From contig MZGM01000001.1 of NCBI GenBank assembly GCA_002085035.1, forward strand, positions 1 to 43,778: a stretch of DNA of 43,778 bases. Reading direction: 5' to 3'. Of this stretch, positions 33,782-43,381 are shown one piece after another (within the stretch, counting starts at the first letter, position 1; each line of letters begins with the position of its first letter). The notes beneath the pieces were generated by a model, which searched no databases, was not told where the DNA came from, and saw only the letters and a program-made list of their open reading frames with translations. Origin of the DNA: Candidatus Zhuqueibacterota bacterium 4484_219. Its GTDB lineage: Bacteria > Zhuqueibacterota > JdFR-76 > 4484-219. The position numbers were made by a program, and so were the translations under genes.

Positions 33782-35488
33782 ATGATGAATATTCATGTCG
33801 GACGTGTATTGGTTTTGGGGGGCGCCGGGCTGGTAGGTGCCCAGGTGGTACGCCAAATCGCACGTGACTTGAAACCTGAGTTGATTGTAATAGCGTCGCG
33901 TTACCAGCGTGAAGTAAGGGAAGCTTTGCGTGATTTTCACAAAGAATTTCCTGATATCAGTTTTGAAGGCTGTTGGGGGAATGTGTTTGTGCGTAAGCAA
34001 TTTGCTGACAAGACCCGTAAGGAAATTTTAGAAAGTCTCAGTAAGAGTAGAGTTCTATTTCAAGACGTTTTTGGTGATAAAAGCGCTACCTACCAACAAT
34101 CCCAATTGGTGGACATTATTCGTAGTTTCAAACCAGAGATTATCGTAGATTCTATTAATACTGCTACTGCCATCAGCTATCAGGATGTTTACACTACCTC
34201 CTTAGAGGTAGAAAATATTCTCAATCAGATACAGGCAGATGATCGGTCGGAACAAGCACGGCCGTTGGAGAAGGTAAGTATCAAAAAGCTGGAACACCTG
34301 TTGGTAAGTCAATCTATTCCTCAGCTTATTCGTCATGTGCAACTCCTTTGGGAAGCAATGGTAGAGGTTGGCACACGCATTTACGTCAAGATTGGCACTA
34401 CCGGCACCGGCGGTATGGGGCTAAATATTCCCTACACCCATAGCGAAGATAAACCAAGTGCCAACTTGATGACCAAAACAGCGGTGGCTTTTGCTCATAC
34501 TGGATTACTTTTCTTAATGGCACGAACCCCTGGAGGACCAATCGTTAAAGAGATCAAACCCGGAGCAATGATTGGTTATCGAAAAATAGAATATCGGGCA
34601 ATTCGTCGGGACGGCAAGCCTGCGATGATTTATGAAAGCCAGATGGAACCGCTTGGAAACACAGTTGATATTTCTTTCCGTACCGGTTACAATCAAAAGG
34701 GTGAACTGATGATGGTAGGGGTAGATACCGGCGAAAATGGATTTTTTACTCTCGGTGAGTTTGAAGCAATTACTTCCTTGTATCAAATGGAGTTTGTTAC
34801 CCCTGAGGAAATTGCTCAGAATGTGGTTCTTGAAATTATGGGTAGCAATACTGGTAAGGATGTTATTGCTGCTATCGATGGGGCAATTATGGACCCCAGC
34901 TATCGTGCTGGCTACTTGCGTCGTCCTGTGCTTGAAGAAATGAAACGCTTGGAGAAAAAAACGAACTCACATAGTGTGGCATTGGGACAACTTGGTCCAC
35001 CGGAGCTGTCTAAGCTCCTTTACGAAGCTCATTTACTTAAAATTCGTTATAAAACGCTACAAAATGTTCTTGATGCCGAACCAGAAGCAATTTCACGCTC
35101 TCTTTACAACTACGTGCGGCGCAGCGAAATACGCAATGTCATCGTTTCCGTAGGCATTCCTATCCTGACTCCAGACGGAAAGCAGCTGATTCGGGGGCCG
35201 TTTATTAATATTCCCGAGTATCGTGGCGAATTTGTTGTGCAGAGTACCCCCGAACAAATTGACCGCTGGGCCAAGAAAGGTTGGGTCGATTTGCGACCAA
35301 AAAATTTTGTCATTTGGCAAGATCGTTTTCGCCAAATGCTACGTTCAACCACTGCCTTTCTGAACGAAGGCTCTACCGCCATCACTCTCCGAAGTTATCT
35401 CTCCGATGAAATTAATATTGGTGAAGTAGTAGGCTGGATTTTCAACAACGATCCCCAGATCAAAGGTTATCGTATTAAAGCTTTGTAG
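33782..35488 (+). CDS. Hypothetical 568-aa protein with an N-terminal NAD(P)-binding Rossmann-like domain (saccharopine-dehydrogenase/CapD-like); function unknown
   Basis: VLVLGGAGLVGAQVVRQI..LIVIASR fits a GxGxxG beta-alpha-beta unit followed by a basic residue. A second Gly-rich motif, KIGTTGTGGMGLNIPYTH, is present. I could not assign the remaining ~400 aa. SD AGGAG. It lies 39 nt after fadJ. Confidence 0.7.
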   Translation: MMNIHVGRVLVLGGAGLVGAQVVRQIARDLKPELIVIASRYQREVREALRDFHKEFPDISFEGCWGNVFVRKQFADKTRKEILESLSKSRVLFQDVFGDKSATYQQSQLVDIIRSFKPEIIVDSINTATAISYQDVYTTSLEVENILNQIQADDRSEQARPLEKVSIKKLEHLLVSQSIPQLIRHVQLLWEAMVEVGTRIYVKIGTTGTGGMGLNIPYTHSEDKPSANLMTKTAVAFAHTGLLFLMARTPGGPIVKEIKPGAMIGYRKIEYRAIRRDGKPAMIYESQMEPLGNTVDISFRTGYNQKGELMMVGVDTGENGFFTLGEFEAITSLYQMEFVTPEEIAQNVVLEIMGSNTGKDVIAAIDGAIMDPSYRAGYLRRPVLEEMKRLEKKTNSHSVALGQLGPPELSKLLYEAHLLKIRYKTLQNVLDAEPEAISRSLYNYVRRSEIRNVIVSVGIPILTPDGKQLIRGPFINIPEYRGEFVVQSTPEQIDRWAKKGWVDLRPKNFVIWQDRFRQMLRSTTAFLNEGSTAITLRSYLSDEINIGEVVGWIFNNDPQIKGYRIKAL

Positions 35489-35540
35489 TCAATGGCTTCG
35501 ATCTGAAATTCCATCTTTTTCCCAGATAGAATCTTTAAAC

Positions 35541-35578
35541 TTGACTTATTGGTAATAATTTTCTAAATTATTACCAAT
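35541..35578 (+). promoter_or_regulatory. etfBA promoter overlapped by a perfect 14-bp inverted repeat (candidate repressor operator)
   Basis: TTGACT (35541-35546), a 17-nt spacer, then TAAATT (35564-35569). ATTGGTAATAATTT (35548-35561), spacer tct, then AAATTATTACCAAT (35565-35578), its exact reverse complement. Confidence 0.5.
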
Positions 35579-35621
35579 TGATTTCGGTGTATTAAAGTTG
35601 AACTAAATTGGAGGAGGCAAA

Positions 35622-36374
35622 GTGAATATCGTTGTCTGCATGAAACAGGTACCAGATACGGAGACCAAAGTCAGAATTGGGGCAGATGGTAAAACCATCG
35701 ATCCCACAGACGTTAACTACGTGATTAATCCCTACGACGAGTTTGCGATTGAAGAAGCATTACGCATTAAGGAAAAACTGGGAGAGGGCGAGGTTACTAT
35801 TCTTAGCTTGGGCCCAGAGCGAGCAACTACTGCCATTCGTAGCGCATTGGCAATGGGAGCCGACAAAGGGGTACTTCTCAAAACGGATGATACCTATCTG
35901 GATTCTCACGCTGTAGCCACAGGCTTGGCCAATGCGCTGAAAGAGATGAAATATGATCTGATTTTTTTAGGTAAGCAGGCCATAGACGATGACAGTGCCC
36001 AGATTGGCCCTCGGCTTTCAGTTTTGTTAGACATTCCCTGTATCACAGTGGTAACGAAATTAGAACTTGAAGATGGTAAGATCATTGCTGAACGCGAGGT
36101 AGAAGGTGGCACCCAAGTAATAGAGGCATCATTGCCGGCTATTGTTACAGCTCAGAAAGGATTGAATGAGCCTCGGTATGCTTCACTCAAAGGAATTATG
36201 ATGGCCAAGAAAAAACCCATCGAGGAAAAATCTCCGGTTATGGAAGAAGCAAAGATAAGTGTTTTGAAAATGGAATACCCACCTGAGCGAAAAGGCGGAA
36301 AGATTGTGGGAAGTGGTAAAGAAGCAGTGCCGGAGCTGGTGAAACTGCTCCATGAAGAAGCAAAGGTAATATAA
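35622..36374 (+). CDS. etfB: Electron transfer flavoprotein subunit beta
   Basis: MNIVVCMKQVPDTETKVRI.., INPYDEFAIEEALRIKE, LSLGP..ALAMGAD, LIFLGKQAIDDDSAQIGP. GTG start with GGAGGAGG 5 nt upstream. Confidence 0.9.
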   Translation: MNIVVCMKQVPDTETKVRIGADGKTIDPTDVNYVINPYDEFAIEEALRIKEKLGEGEVTILSLGPERATTAIRSALAMGADKGVLLKTDDTYLDSHAVATGLANALKEMKYDLIFLGKQAIDDDSAQIGPRLSVLLDIPCITVVTKLELEDGKIIAEREVEGGTQVIEASLPAIVTAQKGLNEPRYASLKGIMMAKKKPIEEKSPVMEEAKISVLKMEYPPERKGGKIVGSGKEAVPELVKLLHEEAKVI

Positions 36375-36415
36375 ATTTTAGCTGATTTGTACCACGAATA
36401 CAAAAGGAGGTTTCT

Positions 36416-37402
36416 ATGTCGAAAGCGGTTTTGTTTTTTGCTGAACAGAATAATGGTCAATTTCGCAAGTCTGCTTTTGAGGTAGCTACTGCCGGGCGTC
36501 AGGTTGCAGATGCTCTTGGTGGTGAGTTGGTAGCGGCAGTGGTGGGTGATGCTATTGCCGACAGTGCTACTACTCTTGGTGCCTATGGGGTTGATAAAGT
36601 TATCGCTGCAGAAAACACTGATTTTCATTACTATTCTCCAGAAGGATTCACTCAAGCATTGATAGACATTATTACTGAATTAGAGCCTGGAGTGGTTTTA
36701 TTTCCAGCCACTTCATTAGGCAGCGATTTGGCACCCCGGGTGGCTGCTAAACTGGGAGTAGGTTTGGCTTCCGATTGTACCGAATTGTTTGTCGTTGATG
36801 GCAAGCTGGAAATCAAACGTCCGATTTACGCCGGGAAAGCTTACATTCGGGTGGCTTTCAATTCCGAACCGCAAATGGCAACCTTACGTTCCAATGTGTT
36901 CAGTGCTCAAAAGCAACAAGAGGGAAAAGAAGCTGCTGTGGAAAAGATACAGGTTAACGTCGCTGAAGGGAAATCGAAATCTTCAGTGAAGGAATTTCGC
37001 CCTATGGGTGGAGATAGAATTGAGTTAACAGAAGCAGATATTATTGTTTCTGGTGGACGGGGGATGAGAGAACCAGGCAATTTTGCTATTTTAGAAGAGT
37101 TGGCCAAGGAATTGGGGGCAGCGGTAGGCGCTTCACGAGCGGCTGTCGATGCTGGTTGGCGCCCACATTCCGATCAAGTAGGACAAACAGGCAAAACTGT
37201 TTCTCCCAATCTTTATATTGCGGTAGGCATTTCCGGGGCAATCCAACATTTAGCCGGGATGTCATCATCAAAATATATCGTGGCAATCAATAAAGATCCG
37301 GAGGCTCCTATTTTCAAAAAGGCTGATTATGGAATTGTGGGAGACTTGTTCGAAATAGTCCCAGCATTAACTGAAGAAGTGAGGAAGTTAAAGTCTTCCT
37401 GA
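36416..37402 (+). CDS. etfA: Electron transfer flavoprotein subunit alpha
   Basis: 328 aa. FAD-binding C-terminal half: [70 protein letters not shown]. Confidence 0.9.
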   Translation: MSKAVLFFAEQNNGQFRKSAFEVATAGRQVADALGGELVAAVVGDAIADSATTLGAYGVDKVIAAENTDFHYYSPEGFTQALIDIITELEPGVVLFPATSLGSDLAPRVAAKLGVGLASDCTELFVVDGKLEIKRPIYAGKAYIRVAFNSEPQMATLRSNVFSAQKQQEGKEAAVEKIQVNVAEGKSKSSVKEFRPMGGDRIELTEADIIVSGGRGMREPGNFAILEELAKELGAAVGASRAAVDAGWRPHSDQVGQTGKTVSPNLYIAVGISGAIQHLAGMSSSKYIVAINKDPEAPIFKKADYGIVGDLFEIVPALTEEVRKLKSS

Positions 37403-37458
37403 ATTGATGTTATTTTGATCTCTTGCTCCCTAAAGCGAGTCTAGCGAAAGGGAAATTC

Positions 37459-37968
37459 ATGAACATTTTGCGCAATTTAACTATTTTGCTGATATTGGCT
37501 CTTCTTGTTGCTTGTGCTGCAACAAAACCAGCCAAGGTAAGAAAAGAAAAGGTTGCTGAAAAATCTAAGGGCATCATCGAAGATTTAGACCCTTTAACTT
37601 TCACTGATGATGATTTTGTAATCGAGGTTACTCCTTCTGAAGTTTCTGGGCTGCAGAAAGCCAGAGCTGACACCGGTGTTGCCAGAGCTGGGAAGGATAC
37701 TACTGGGTTGAAGACTGTGGTTAAGGTTCCTGGTTATCGTATTCAGATAGCAGCACTGGAAGATCAAGGAAAAGCTATGGAAATTCAGAAGGAGGCCATG
37801 CTCAAATTTACCGAAGATGTCTACCTGATCTTTGATAGTCCTTATTATAAGATTCGTGTTGGAAATTGTGTTACTCGCAGAGAGGCAGAAGAGCTACAAA
37901 AAAAAGCGGTGCGATTAGGATTTCTGGACGCCTGGATTATCCGAACCATGGTAGAAAAAAGAGAATAA
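37459..37968 (+). CDS. SPOR domain lipoprotein
   Basis: Leader MNILRNLTILLILALLVAC (lipobox LVAC). C-terminal SPOR signature: GYRIQIAALEDQGKA......YYKIRVGNCVTRREAEELQKKAVRLGFLDAWII. The ORF track start 37423 lies upstream; ATG 37459 gives a canonical leader. Confidence 0.8.
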   Translation: MNILRNLTILLILALLVACAATKPAKVRKEKVAEKSKGIIEDLDPLTFTDDDFVIEVTPSEVSGLQKARADTGVARAGKDTTGLKTVVKVPGYRIQIAALEDQGKAMEIQKEAMLKFTEDVYLIFDSPYYKIRVGNCVTRREAEELQKKAVRLGFLDAWIIRTMVEKRE

Positions 37969-38018
37969 TTGCTGGTTGTGGGTAAGGGGACATAAAGATG
38001 AAAAAAGCATCAAGGGGG

Positions 38019-38038
38019 AGGGGCTATAGTCCCTTTTT
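38019..38038 (+). terminator. Weak candidate Rho-independent terminator after the SPOR gene
   Basis: AGGGGC-tata-GTCCCT forms a 6-bp stem (one G-U pair) with a 4-nt loop, followed by TTTT. Confidence 0.3.
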
Positions 38039-38233
38039 GAATAGCCCAGATCTTTTGCCCTGGGTAGGAATCTCTCGAAGTTGATTCTTGTGCTGCTCAC
38101 GATTTTGCCAATAGACATTCACCTCCTTATTGTCTCCTGTTTTTTAACTTACCGACAGCGGAAAACTAAAATTTTGTTTGTAAAAGGGCAAAAAATTTAT
38201 TAAATTAATAGATAGGTTTTTAGAGGAGGTATT

Positions 38234-38808
38234 ATGTCTGGTCATTCTAAATGGAGTTCAATTAAGCGGAAGAAGGGGAAACTAGATGCTCAGCGGGGGC
38301 GTATTTTTACCCGGTTGATTAAAGAGATTACAGTTGCTGCTCGTCTGGGTGGGGGCGACGAAAATGCTAACCCTCGCTTACGCAAGGCTATCGCTGAGGC
38401 TAAAGCGAACAATATGAATACGGTGGAAATCTGGCAGCTTCTGGAAGTGTGGCGTGGATTTTCGAGAAAAAGGGTGTCATTGAAATACGACCCGACGTTG
38501 CTAGCGAGGATGAAATAATGTTAGCAGCCATAGATGCTGGGGCAGAGGACATCAAAAGTGACGAAGAGCTGATCGAAGTTCTGACCGCGCCCGAAGATCT
38601 TGACAGCACCAAGCAAGCCCTCACCGATGCTGGTATTGAAATCGAGTCTGCCCAAATTACCATGTACCCCAAAAATACTGTGAAAATCGAAGGCAAACAG
38701 GCTGAACAGTTGCTCAAACTGATGGATGCCTTAGAAGAGCATGAGGATGTGCAAAACATTTATTCAAACTTTGACATCGATGTGAAGCTAATGGAAGAAG
38801 TGGGTTAA
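38234..38808 (+). pseudogene. yebC: YebC/PmpR family transcriptional regulator, disrupted by an internal ~200-nt deletion plus frameshift
   Basis: Frame A gives [61 protein letters not shown], the canonical N-terminus. Frame B from about 38419 gives [23 protein letters not shown]...HEDVQNIYSNFDI, the canonical C-terminal half. The central ~65-70 residues (PKDNIERAI...) are absent. Conserved synteny with ruvCAB supports the identity. Confidence 0.8.
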
Positions 38809-38822
38809 ATTGGGGTGATGCG

Positions 38823-39314
38823 GTGATTGTAATGGGGATAGACCCCAGTACCATAACTACCGGTTATGGGATTGTGACGTATGAGGGCAACAAAATCCTA
38901 CCAGTAGATTTTGGCGTTATTCGAACCAATACCGCCCAGGCATTGCCATCCCGGTTACTAACGATTTTTGAACGCATGTCGCTACTAATTGATCGGTTCC
39001 ACCCTGATGAAATAGCAGTAGAAGAGATTTTCCAAGCACGAAATGCCCAGATGGCGTTGAAACTGGGACAAGCCAGAGGGGTAGTGATTTTAGCCAGTGC
39101 CCTGAAGGACATCTCGACAGCGGAGTACTCTCCCAGAGAGGTGAAGCTGGCAGTTGTGGGTTATGGAAATGCTTCCAAAGAACAAGTGCGACGCATGATT
39201 CGAGATTTGTTAAGCATTCACAAGGAGCGAATGGAGTATGATGCTGCTGATGCATTGGCGGTAGCAGTTTGCCATTGTCACCGCGTTGGAATGAGACAAC
39301 GGATGAGTCAATAA
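38823..39314 (+). CDS. ruvC: Crossover junction endodeoxyribonuclease RuvC
   Basis: VMGIDPS..TGYGIV, AVEEIF, ALKLGQARGV, KEQVRRMI, DAADALAVAVCH. GTG start. Confidence 0.9.
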   Translation: MIVMGIDPSTITTGYGIVTYEGNKILPVDFGVIRTNTAQALPSRLLTIFERMSLLIDRFHPDEIAVEEIFQARNAQMALKLGQARGVVILASALKDISTAEYSPREVKLAVVGYGNASKEQVRRMIRDLLSIHKERMEYDAADALAVAVCHCHRVGMRQRMSQ

Positions 39315-39340
39315 TTTAGGACGCGTCCAGACGAGGTAAA

Positions 39341-39934
39341 ATGATTGGTTTTTTGCGTGGCAAGATTATTGAAAAAAACCCTACCAGACTCCTATTAGAT
39401 GTCAACGGCGTGGGCTTTGAGGTACACGTCTCGATTACCACTTACCAGAATTTGCCAGAGATAGGGGAATTTGCCGATGTGTTAACTTATCTCCATGTGC
39501 GCGATGATACACTTAAACTTTTTGGATTTGTTGAAGCAGAAGAACGCGAATTGTTCCTTAAGCTGATTGGGGTTTCTGGCGTGGGACCTCGAGTTGCTCA
39601 GGGGATTCTCTCTGGTATTTCTGTAGCAGATTTTCAACAAGCTATTCTTCAAGAAAATTTCGACGTCTTAACAGCTATTCCTGGTGTAGGCCGTAAAATG
39701 GCACAGCGTCTGGTGATGGATCTTAAAGAGAAAATGAATACCGGCATCACCAAAACAGCAGCTGAAAAATATGGAATCAAGATCGATTTTATTGAAGAAG
39801 CAGTGTTGGCACTGGTTTCATTAGGGTACAAGCGTTCTGCAGCTCAACAAGCTATTGATAAGGTACTCAGAGGGCAGAAGAATATCACCACTGTTGAAGA
39901 ATTAATTAAAAAAGCTTTAGCAGTTATTGAGTAG
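39341..39934 (+). CDS. ruvA: Holliday junction branch migration complex subunit RuvA
   Basis: MIGFLRGKI.....LLLDVNGVGFEV, HhH motifs GVSGVGPRVAQGIL and IPGVGRKMAQRLVMDLK, C-terminal domain III ALVSLGYKRSAAQQAI. Confidence 0.9.
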   Translation: MIGFLRGKIIEKNPTRLLLDVNGVGFEVHVSITTYQNLPEIGEFADVLTYLHVRDDTLKLFGFVEAEERELFLKLIGVSGVGPRVAQGILSGISVADFQQAILQENFDVLTAIPGVGRKMAQRLVMDLKEKMNTGITKTAAEKYGIKIDFIEEAVLALVSLGYKRSAAQQAIDKVLRGQKNITTVEELIKKALAVIE

Positions 39935-39961
39935 GTTTGAATTTATTGCAAAGGGTTTTCT

Positions 39962-40996
39962 GTGGATTTTCAACGACGTCAAACGCCTACTACTCCCGAA
40001 CGTTTGGAAGGGGAGTGGGAACTTGATCGCACTTTACGGCCTACCGAATTTGAGGATTTTGTGGGCCAAACTAAGCTTAAAGAGAACTTGCGAGTTTTCA
40101 TCCAGGCTGCTAAAGCAAGAGGAGAGGCATTGGACCATGTGTTATTTTATGGTCCGCCTGGGTTGGGTAAAACCACCCTGGCTAATATTATTGCTAATGA
40201 GTTGGGAACCAATATTAAGGTAACCTCGGGACCGATTCTGGAACGTCCCGGCGACCTAGCGGGGATTTTGACTAACCTTGAAAACGGTGATGTTTTATTC
40301 ATTGATGAAATTCATCGATTGAATACCGCGGTAGAAGAATACCTCTACCCTGCTATGGAAGATTTTCGTCTTGATATTGTCATCGACAAAGGTGCAAATG
40401 CACGCAGCATTCAGTTGAATCTTCCCAATTTTACCTTAATAGGAGCGACGACCAGAGCAGGACTATTAACTTCGCCATTGCGCGCTCGTTTCGGTGTGGT
40501 TAATCGATTGGATTACTATCCACCAGAGGATTTGTTTTTGATTGTGAAACGCTCGGCTAAGATTCTTAAGATAGAGGTTGAATTAGAAGCAGCTCATGAA
40601 ATTGCCAGAAGAGCACGTGGCACCCCTCGAATCGCAAATCGTTTATTGCGCCGTGTCCGCGACTTTGCTCAAATTCAAGGCAACGGCGTGGTTACCCATG
40701 AAATTACTAAACACGCTTTGAAAAGATTAGATGTAGATGAATGTGGTCTGGATGAGATGGACAAGCGCATCCTTTGTACGGTTATCGAGAAGTTTAATGG
40801 CGGCCCGGTTGGTATCCAATCATTAGCGGTGGCGGTAGGAGAAGAAAGTGATACCATCGAAGAGATTTACGAACCTTACCTTATCCAGCAGGGTTTCTTA
40901 AAACGAACTGCAAGAGGACGAGAAGCTACCGATTTGGCCTATAAACATTTTGGTTATAAACGTAAGGAAATAGGATTACAACAACGTCTCTTCTAA
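39962..40996 (+). CDS. ruvB: Holliday junction DNA helicase RuvB
   Basis: LRP..F.DFVGQ, Walker [12 protein letters not shown], Walker [10 protein letters not shown], sensor [40 protein letters not shown] start. Confidence 0.95.
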   Translation: MDFQRRQTPTTPERLEGEWELDRTLRPTEFEDFVGQTKLKENLRVFIQAAKARGEALDHVLFYGPPGLGKTTLANIIANELGTNIKVTSGPILERPGDLAGILTNLENGDVLFIDEIHRLNTAVEEYLYPAMEDFRLDIVIDKGANARSIQLNLPNFTLIGATTRAGLLTSPLRARFGVVNRLDYYPPEDLFLIVKRSAKILKIEVELEAAHEIARRARGTPRIANRLLRRVRDFAQIQGNGVVTHEITKHALKRLDVDECGLDEMDKRILCTVIEKFNGGPVGIQSLAVAVGEESDTIEEIYEPYLIQQGFLKRTARGREATDLAYKHFGYKRKEIGLQQRLF

Positions 40997-41034
40997 TGGT
41001 TAGTATTTGAAATAAAACTTAATGGAGTAACAAA

Positions 41035-42063
41035 ATGAAATTATCTGATTTCAAATATTCAGTTCCCGAAAGTCTGATTGCACAATATCCTGCTGAAAAA
41101 AGAGATAAGTCACGATTAATGGTGCTGCATCGTGATTCCCAGAAGATTGAACACCGACACTTCTACGAGATTGTGGAATACTTAAATGAGGGTGATTGTC
41201 TGGTAGTTAACGAAACCAAAGTTTTTCCTGCTCGACTGATTGGTACTAAAGAAAAAACGGATGCTAAAGTTGAGATTTTTTTGTTGCGCGAATTGGAAGA
41301 CGGTTTATGGGAAGTGCTGGTTAGGCCGGCACGTAAGGTACGGGTAGGCAATCGATTAACCGTGAATGGTGAGCTTTATTGTGATGTGATTGATAATACA
41401 CTTTCGGGTGGACGGGTAGTGCGTTTTAATTACAAAGGCGATTTTTATGAAATGGTAGAAAAATTGGGGAAATCCCCCCTACCCCCATATATTAAGCGTG
41501 AAGCGGAACCGATGGATAAAGAACGTTATCAAACTGTATTTGCTCGAGTTCGAGGCGCTGTAGCTGCTCCCACAGCAGGACTGCATTTTACTGAGCAGCT
41601 TTTGGATGAAATTAGACAAAAGGGAGTAAAAATTGTTCCAATCCTGTTGCATGTGGGCTTGGGTACTTTCCGGCCGGTGCAGGTGGAAGATTTATCTCGT
41701 CACAAAATGGATTCTGAATATTTCGAGGTGTACGAAGAAACTGTCCAGGTAATTAACAAAACGAAGCGACAAGGAGGCCGCATTATTGCGGTGGGCACCA
41801 GTACAGTGCGGGGTTTAGAAACTGCAGTTACCTCTGATCATTTTGTCAAGCCCGTTGCAGGATGGACGGATAAGTTTATTTATCCACCATATGAATTTAA
41901 AGTAACGGACTCTCTAATTACTAATTTCCATTTACCTGGATCAACGTTGATAATGTTGGTATGTGCTTTTGCTGGACATGATTTTGTTTTCAAAGCTTAT
42001 CGTAAAGCCGTGCGCGAAAAATATCGCTTCTACAGTTACGGCGATGCTATGTTAATTCTTTGA
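41035..42063 (+). CDS. queA: S-adenosylmethionine:tRNA ribosyltransferase-isomerase
   Basis: MKLSDFKYSVPESLIAQYPAEKRDKSRLMVL, LPPYI, YQTVFA...GAVAAPTAGLHFT, GLGTFRPV, AVGTSTVRGLE, NFHLPGSTL, FYSYGDAMLI. Confidence 0.95.
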   Translation: MKLSDFKYSVPESLIAQYPAEKRDKSRLMVLHRDSQKIEHRHFYEIVEYLNEGDCLVVNETKVFPARLIGTKEKTDAKVEIFLLRELEDGLWEVLVRPARKVRVGNRLTVNGELYCDVIDNTLSGGRVVRFNYKGDFYEMVEKLGKSPLPPYIKREAEPMDKERYQTVFARVRGAVAAPTAGLHFTEQLLDEIRQKGVKIVPILLHVGLGTFRPVQVEDLSRHKMDSEYFEVYEETVQVINKTKRQGGRIIAVGTSTVRGLETAVTSDHFVKPVAGWTDKFIYPPYEFKVTDSLITNFHLPGSTLIMLVCAFAGHDFVFKAYRKAVREKYRFYSYGDAMLIL

Positions 42064-42083
42064 TTTAAGTTGGAAAGGGTAAA

Positions 42084-42767
42084 TTGAAAGTTACTGCCAT
42101 TATCCCGGCTGCTGGAACAGGGAAAAGGATGGGCACTAATGTTCATAAGCAATTTCTAAGAATCGGTGATAAGCCGATTCTTTTTTATACCTTAGAAAAA
42201 TTTGAAGCCTGTCCCTTAATCGATGCGGTAATTCTGGTTTTGCCCCGAAACGGTGCTTACCACCCTCTCCAAGAATTGTTAGAGAAGTACAATATCCATA
42301 AAATCCAGTGCATGGTTGCAGGTGGAGAACAACGCCAGGATTCTGTTTATGCCGGATTACAAGCAGTTGACAGTAGCTCCGAGATTGTGGTGATTCACGA
42401 TGCTGTTCGCCCCTTAATCCGACCAGAACTTATCGAGCAGTCGATCCGACAATGCCAGGCTTTTGGGGCAGTGGTGGTAGCCGTACCTGTAACAGCCACA
42501 ATTAAAAAAGTTCAAAATACCCTGGTAGTAGAAACTTTAGACCGTCGGCAGCTATGGGAAATACAAACACCACAAACTTTTAATTACCAGTTGATCTTAC
42601 AAGCCTATCGTCAGGCCATGGAAGAAGAATTTTACGGAACAGATGATGCGATGCTGGTAGAACGATTGGGGCATGAAGTAAAAATTCTACAAGGAGATCG
42701 GTACAATTTAAAGATTACCACTCCAGATGATTTAATAATAGCAGAGTGTCTATTAAGGCGGAGTTGA
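42084..42767 (+). CDS. ispD: 2-C-methyl-D-erythritol 4-phosphate cytidylyltransferase
   Basis: VTAIIPAAGTGKRMG...KQFL, GGEQRQDSV, VIHDAVRP, QTPQTF, TDDA..VE, NLKITTPDDL. TTG start. Confidence 0.9.
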   Translation: MKVTAIIPAAGTGKRMGTNVHKQFLRIGDKPILFYTLEKFEACPLIDAVILVLPRNGAYHPLQELLEKYNIHKIQCMVAGGEQRQDSVYAGLQAVDSSSEIVVIHDAVRPLIRPELIEQSIRQCQAFGAVVVAVPVTATIKKVQNTLVVETLDRRQLWEIQTPQTFNYQLILQAYRQAMEEEFYGTDDAMLVERLGHEVKILQGDRYNLKITTPDDLIIAECLLRRS

Positions 42768-42768
42768 G

Positions 42769-43236
42769 ATGCGAGTAGGTATTGGCTACGATGTGCATCG
42801 GTTGGTTGAAGACCGTAAGTTAATCCTGGGCGGAATAGAAATTCCGTTCGATAAGGGGCTATTTGGTCATTCGGATGCTGATGTGCTTAGTCATGCTATT
42901 GGTGATGCTTTGCTTGGTGCCGCCGGCTTAGGCGATCTTGGCACCCATTTCCCCGATACCGAACAAAAATGGAAAAATATCTGCAGCTTGAAAATCTTAT
43001 CCCAGATACAAAGTCTGTTGACTGAGCAGAATCTTAGAATTGAATATGTGGATTCGGTAATTGTTATGGACAGACCGAAGGTAAAATTTTTTGTTCCTCA
43101 AATGCAAGAGAATATTGCCCATGCTTTGAGTGTGCCAGTTACCAAGATTTCTATTAAGGCTACCACTAACGAAGGTTTGGGATTTATTGGAAAGGGGGAA
43201 GGGATTGCTGCCTACGCTGTGGCTCTATTGTTGTAG
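42769..43236 (+). CDS. ispF: 2-C-methyl-D-erythritol 2,4-cyclodiphosphate synthase
   Basis: MRVGIGYDVHRL, GHSDADVLSHAIGDALLGAAGLGDLGTHFPD, KATTNEGLGFIG. It starts 1 nt after the ispD stop and is not fused to ispD. Confidence 0.95.
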   Translation: MRVGIGYDVHRLVEDRKLILGGIEIPFDKGLFGHSDADVLSHAIGDALLGAAGLGDLGTHFPDTEQKWKNICSLKILSQIQSLLTEQNLRIEYVDSVIVMDRPKVKFFVPQMQENIAHALSVPVTKISIKATTNEGLGFIGKGEGIAAYAVALLL

Positions 43237-43381
43237 CTTCTGAAATATCAAATCTTTCAACTATTTTGAATAACCCCGGAACTAAATCTAACCGTATCAG
43301 TTTAAAGGAAATGCTGTTCTATCAAGGGGTTTTGAGTAAATGGTCTGACGGGTAGCAAGAGAATCAGGGTATAGTGAGACG

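Noticed and set aside
36152-36655. 167-aa ORF on the - strand spanning the etfB/etfA junction
   Set aside because: It is antisense to two strongly supported genes, each with its own SD. The translation has no recognisable features.
37915-38118. 67-aa ORF on the - strand preceded by a perfect AAGGAGGTGA box directly before its ATG
   Set aside because: The SD-to-ATG spacing is only 3 nt. The ORF overlaps the 3' end of the SPOR gene by 54 nt and contains the candidate terminator hairpin. Its sequence (MSIGKIVSSTRINFERF..) matches nothing I know. It is not fully excluded and Ribo-seq would settle it.
39927-40223. 98-aa + strand ORF overlapping the ruvA end and the ruvB start
   Set aside because: It is out of frame with ruvB, whose Walker motifs are unambiguous. 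The translation has no features. It is an overlapping spurious ORF.
43272-43331. AACCCC...GGGGTT pairing followed by T residues after ispF, considered as a terminator
   Set aside because: The stem is only 6 bp and encloses a 48-nt loop, which is not a credible intrinsic terminator.
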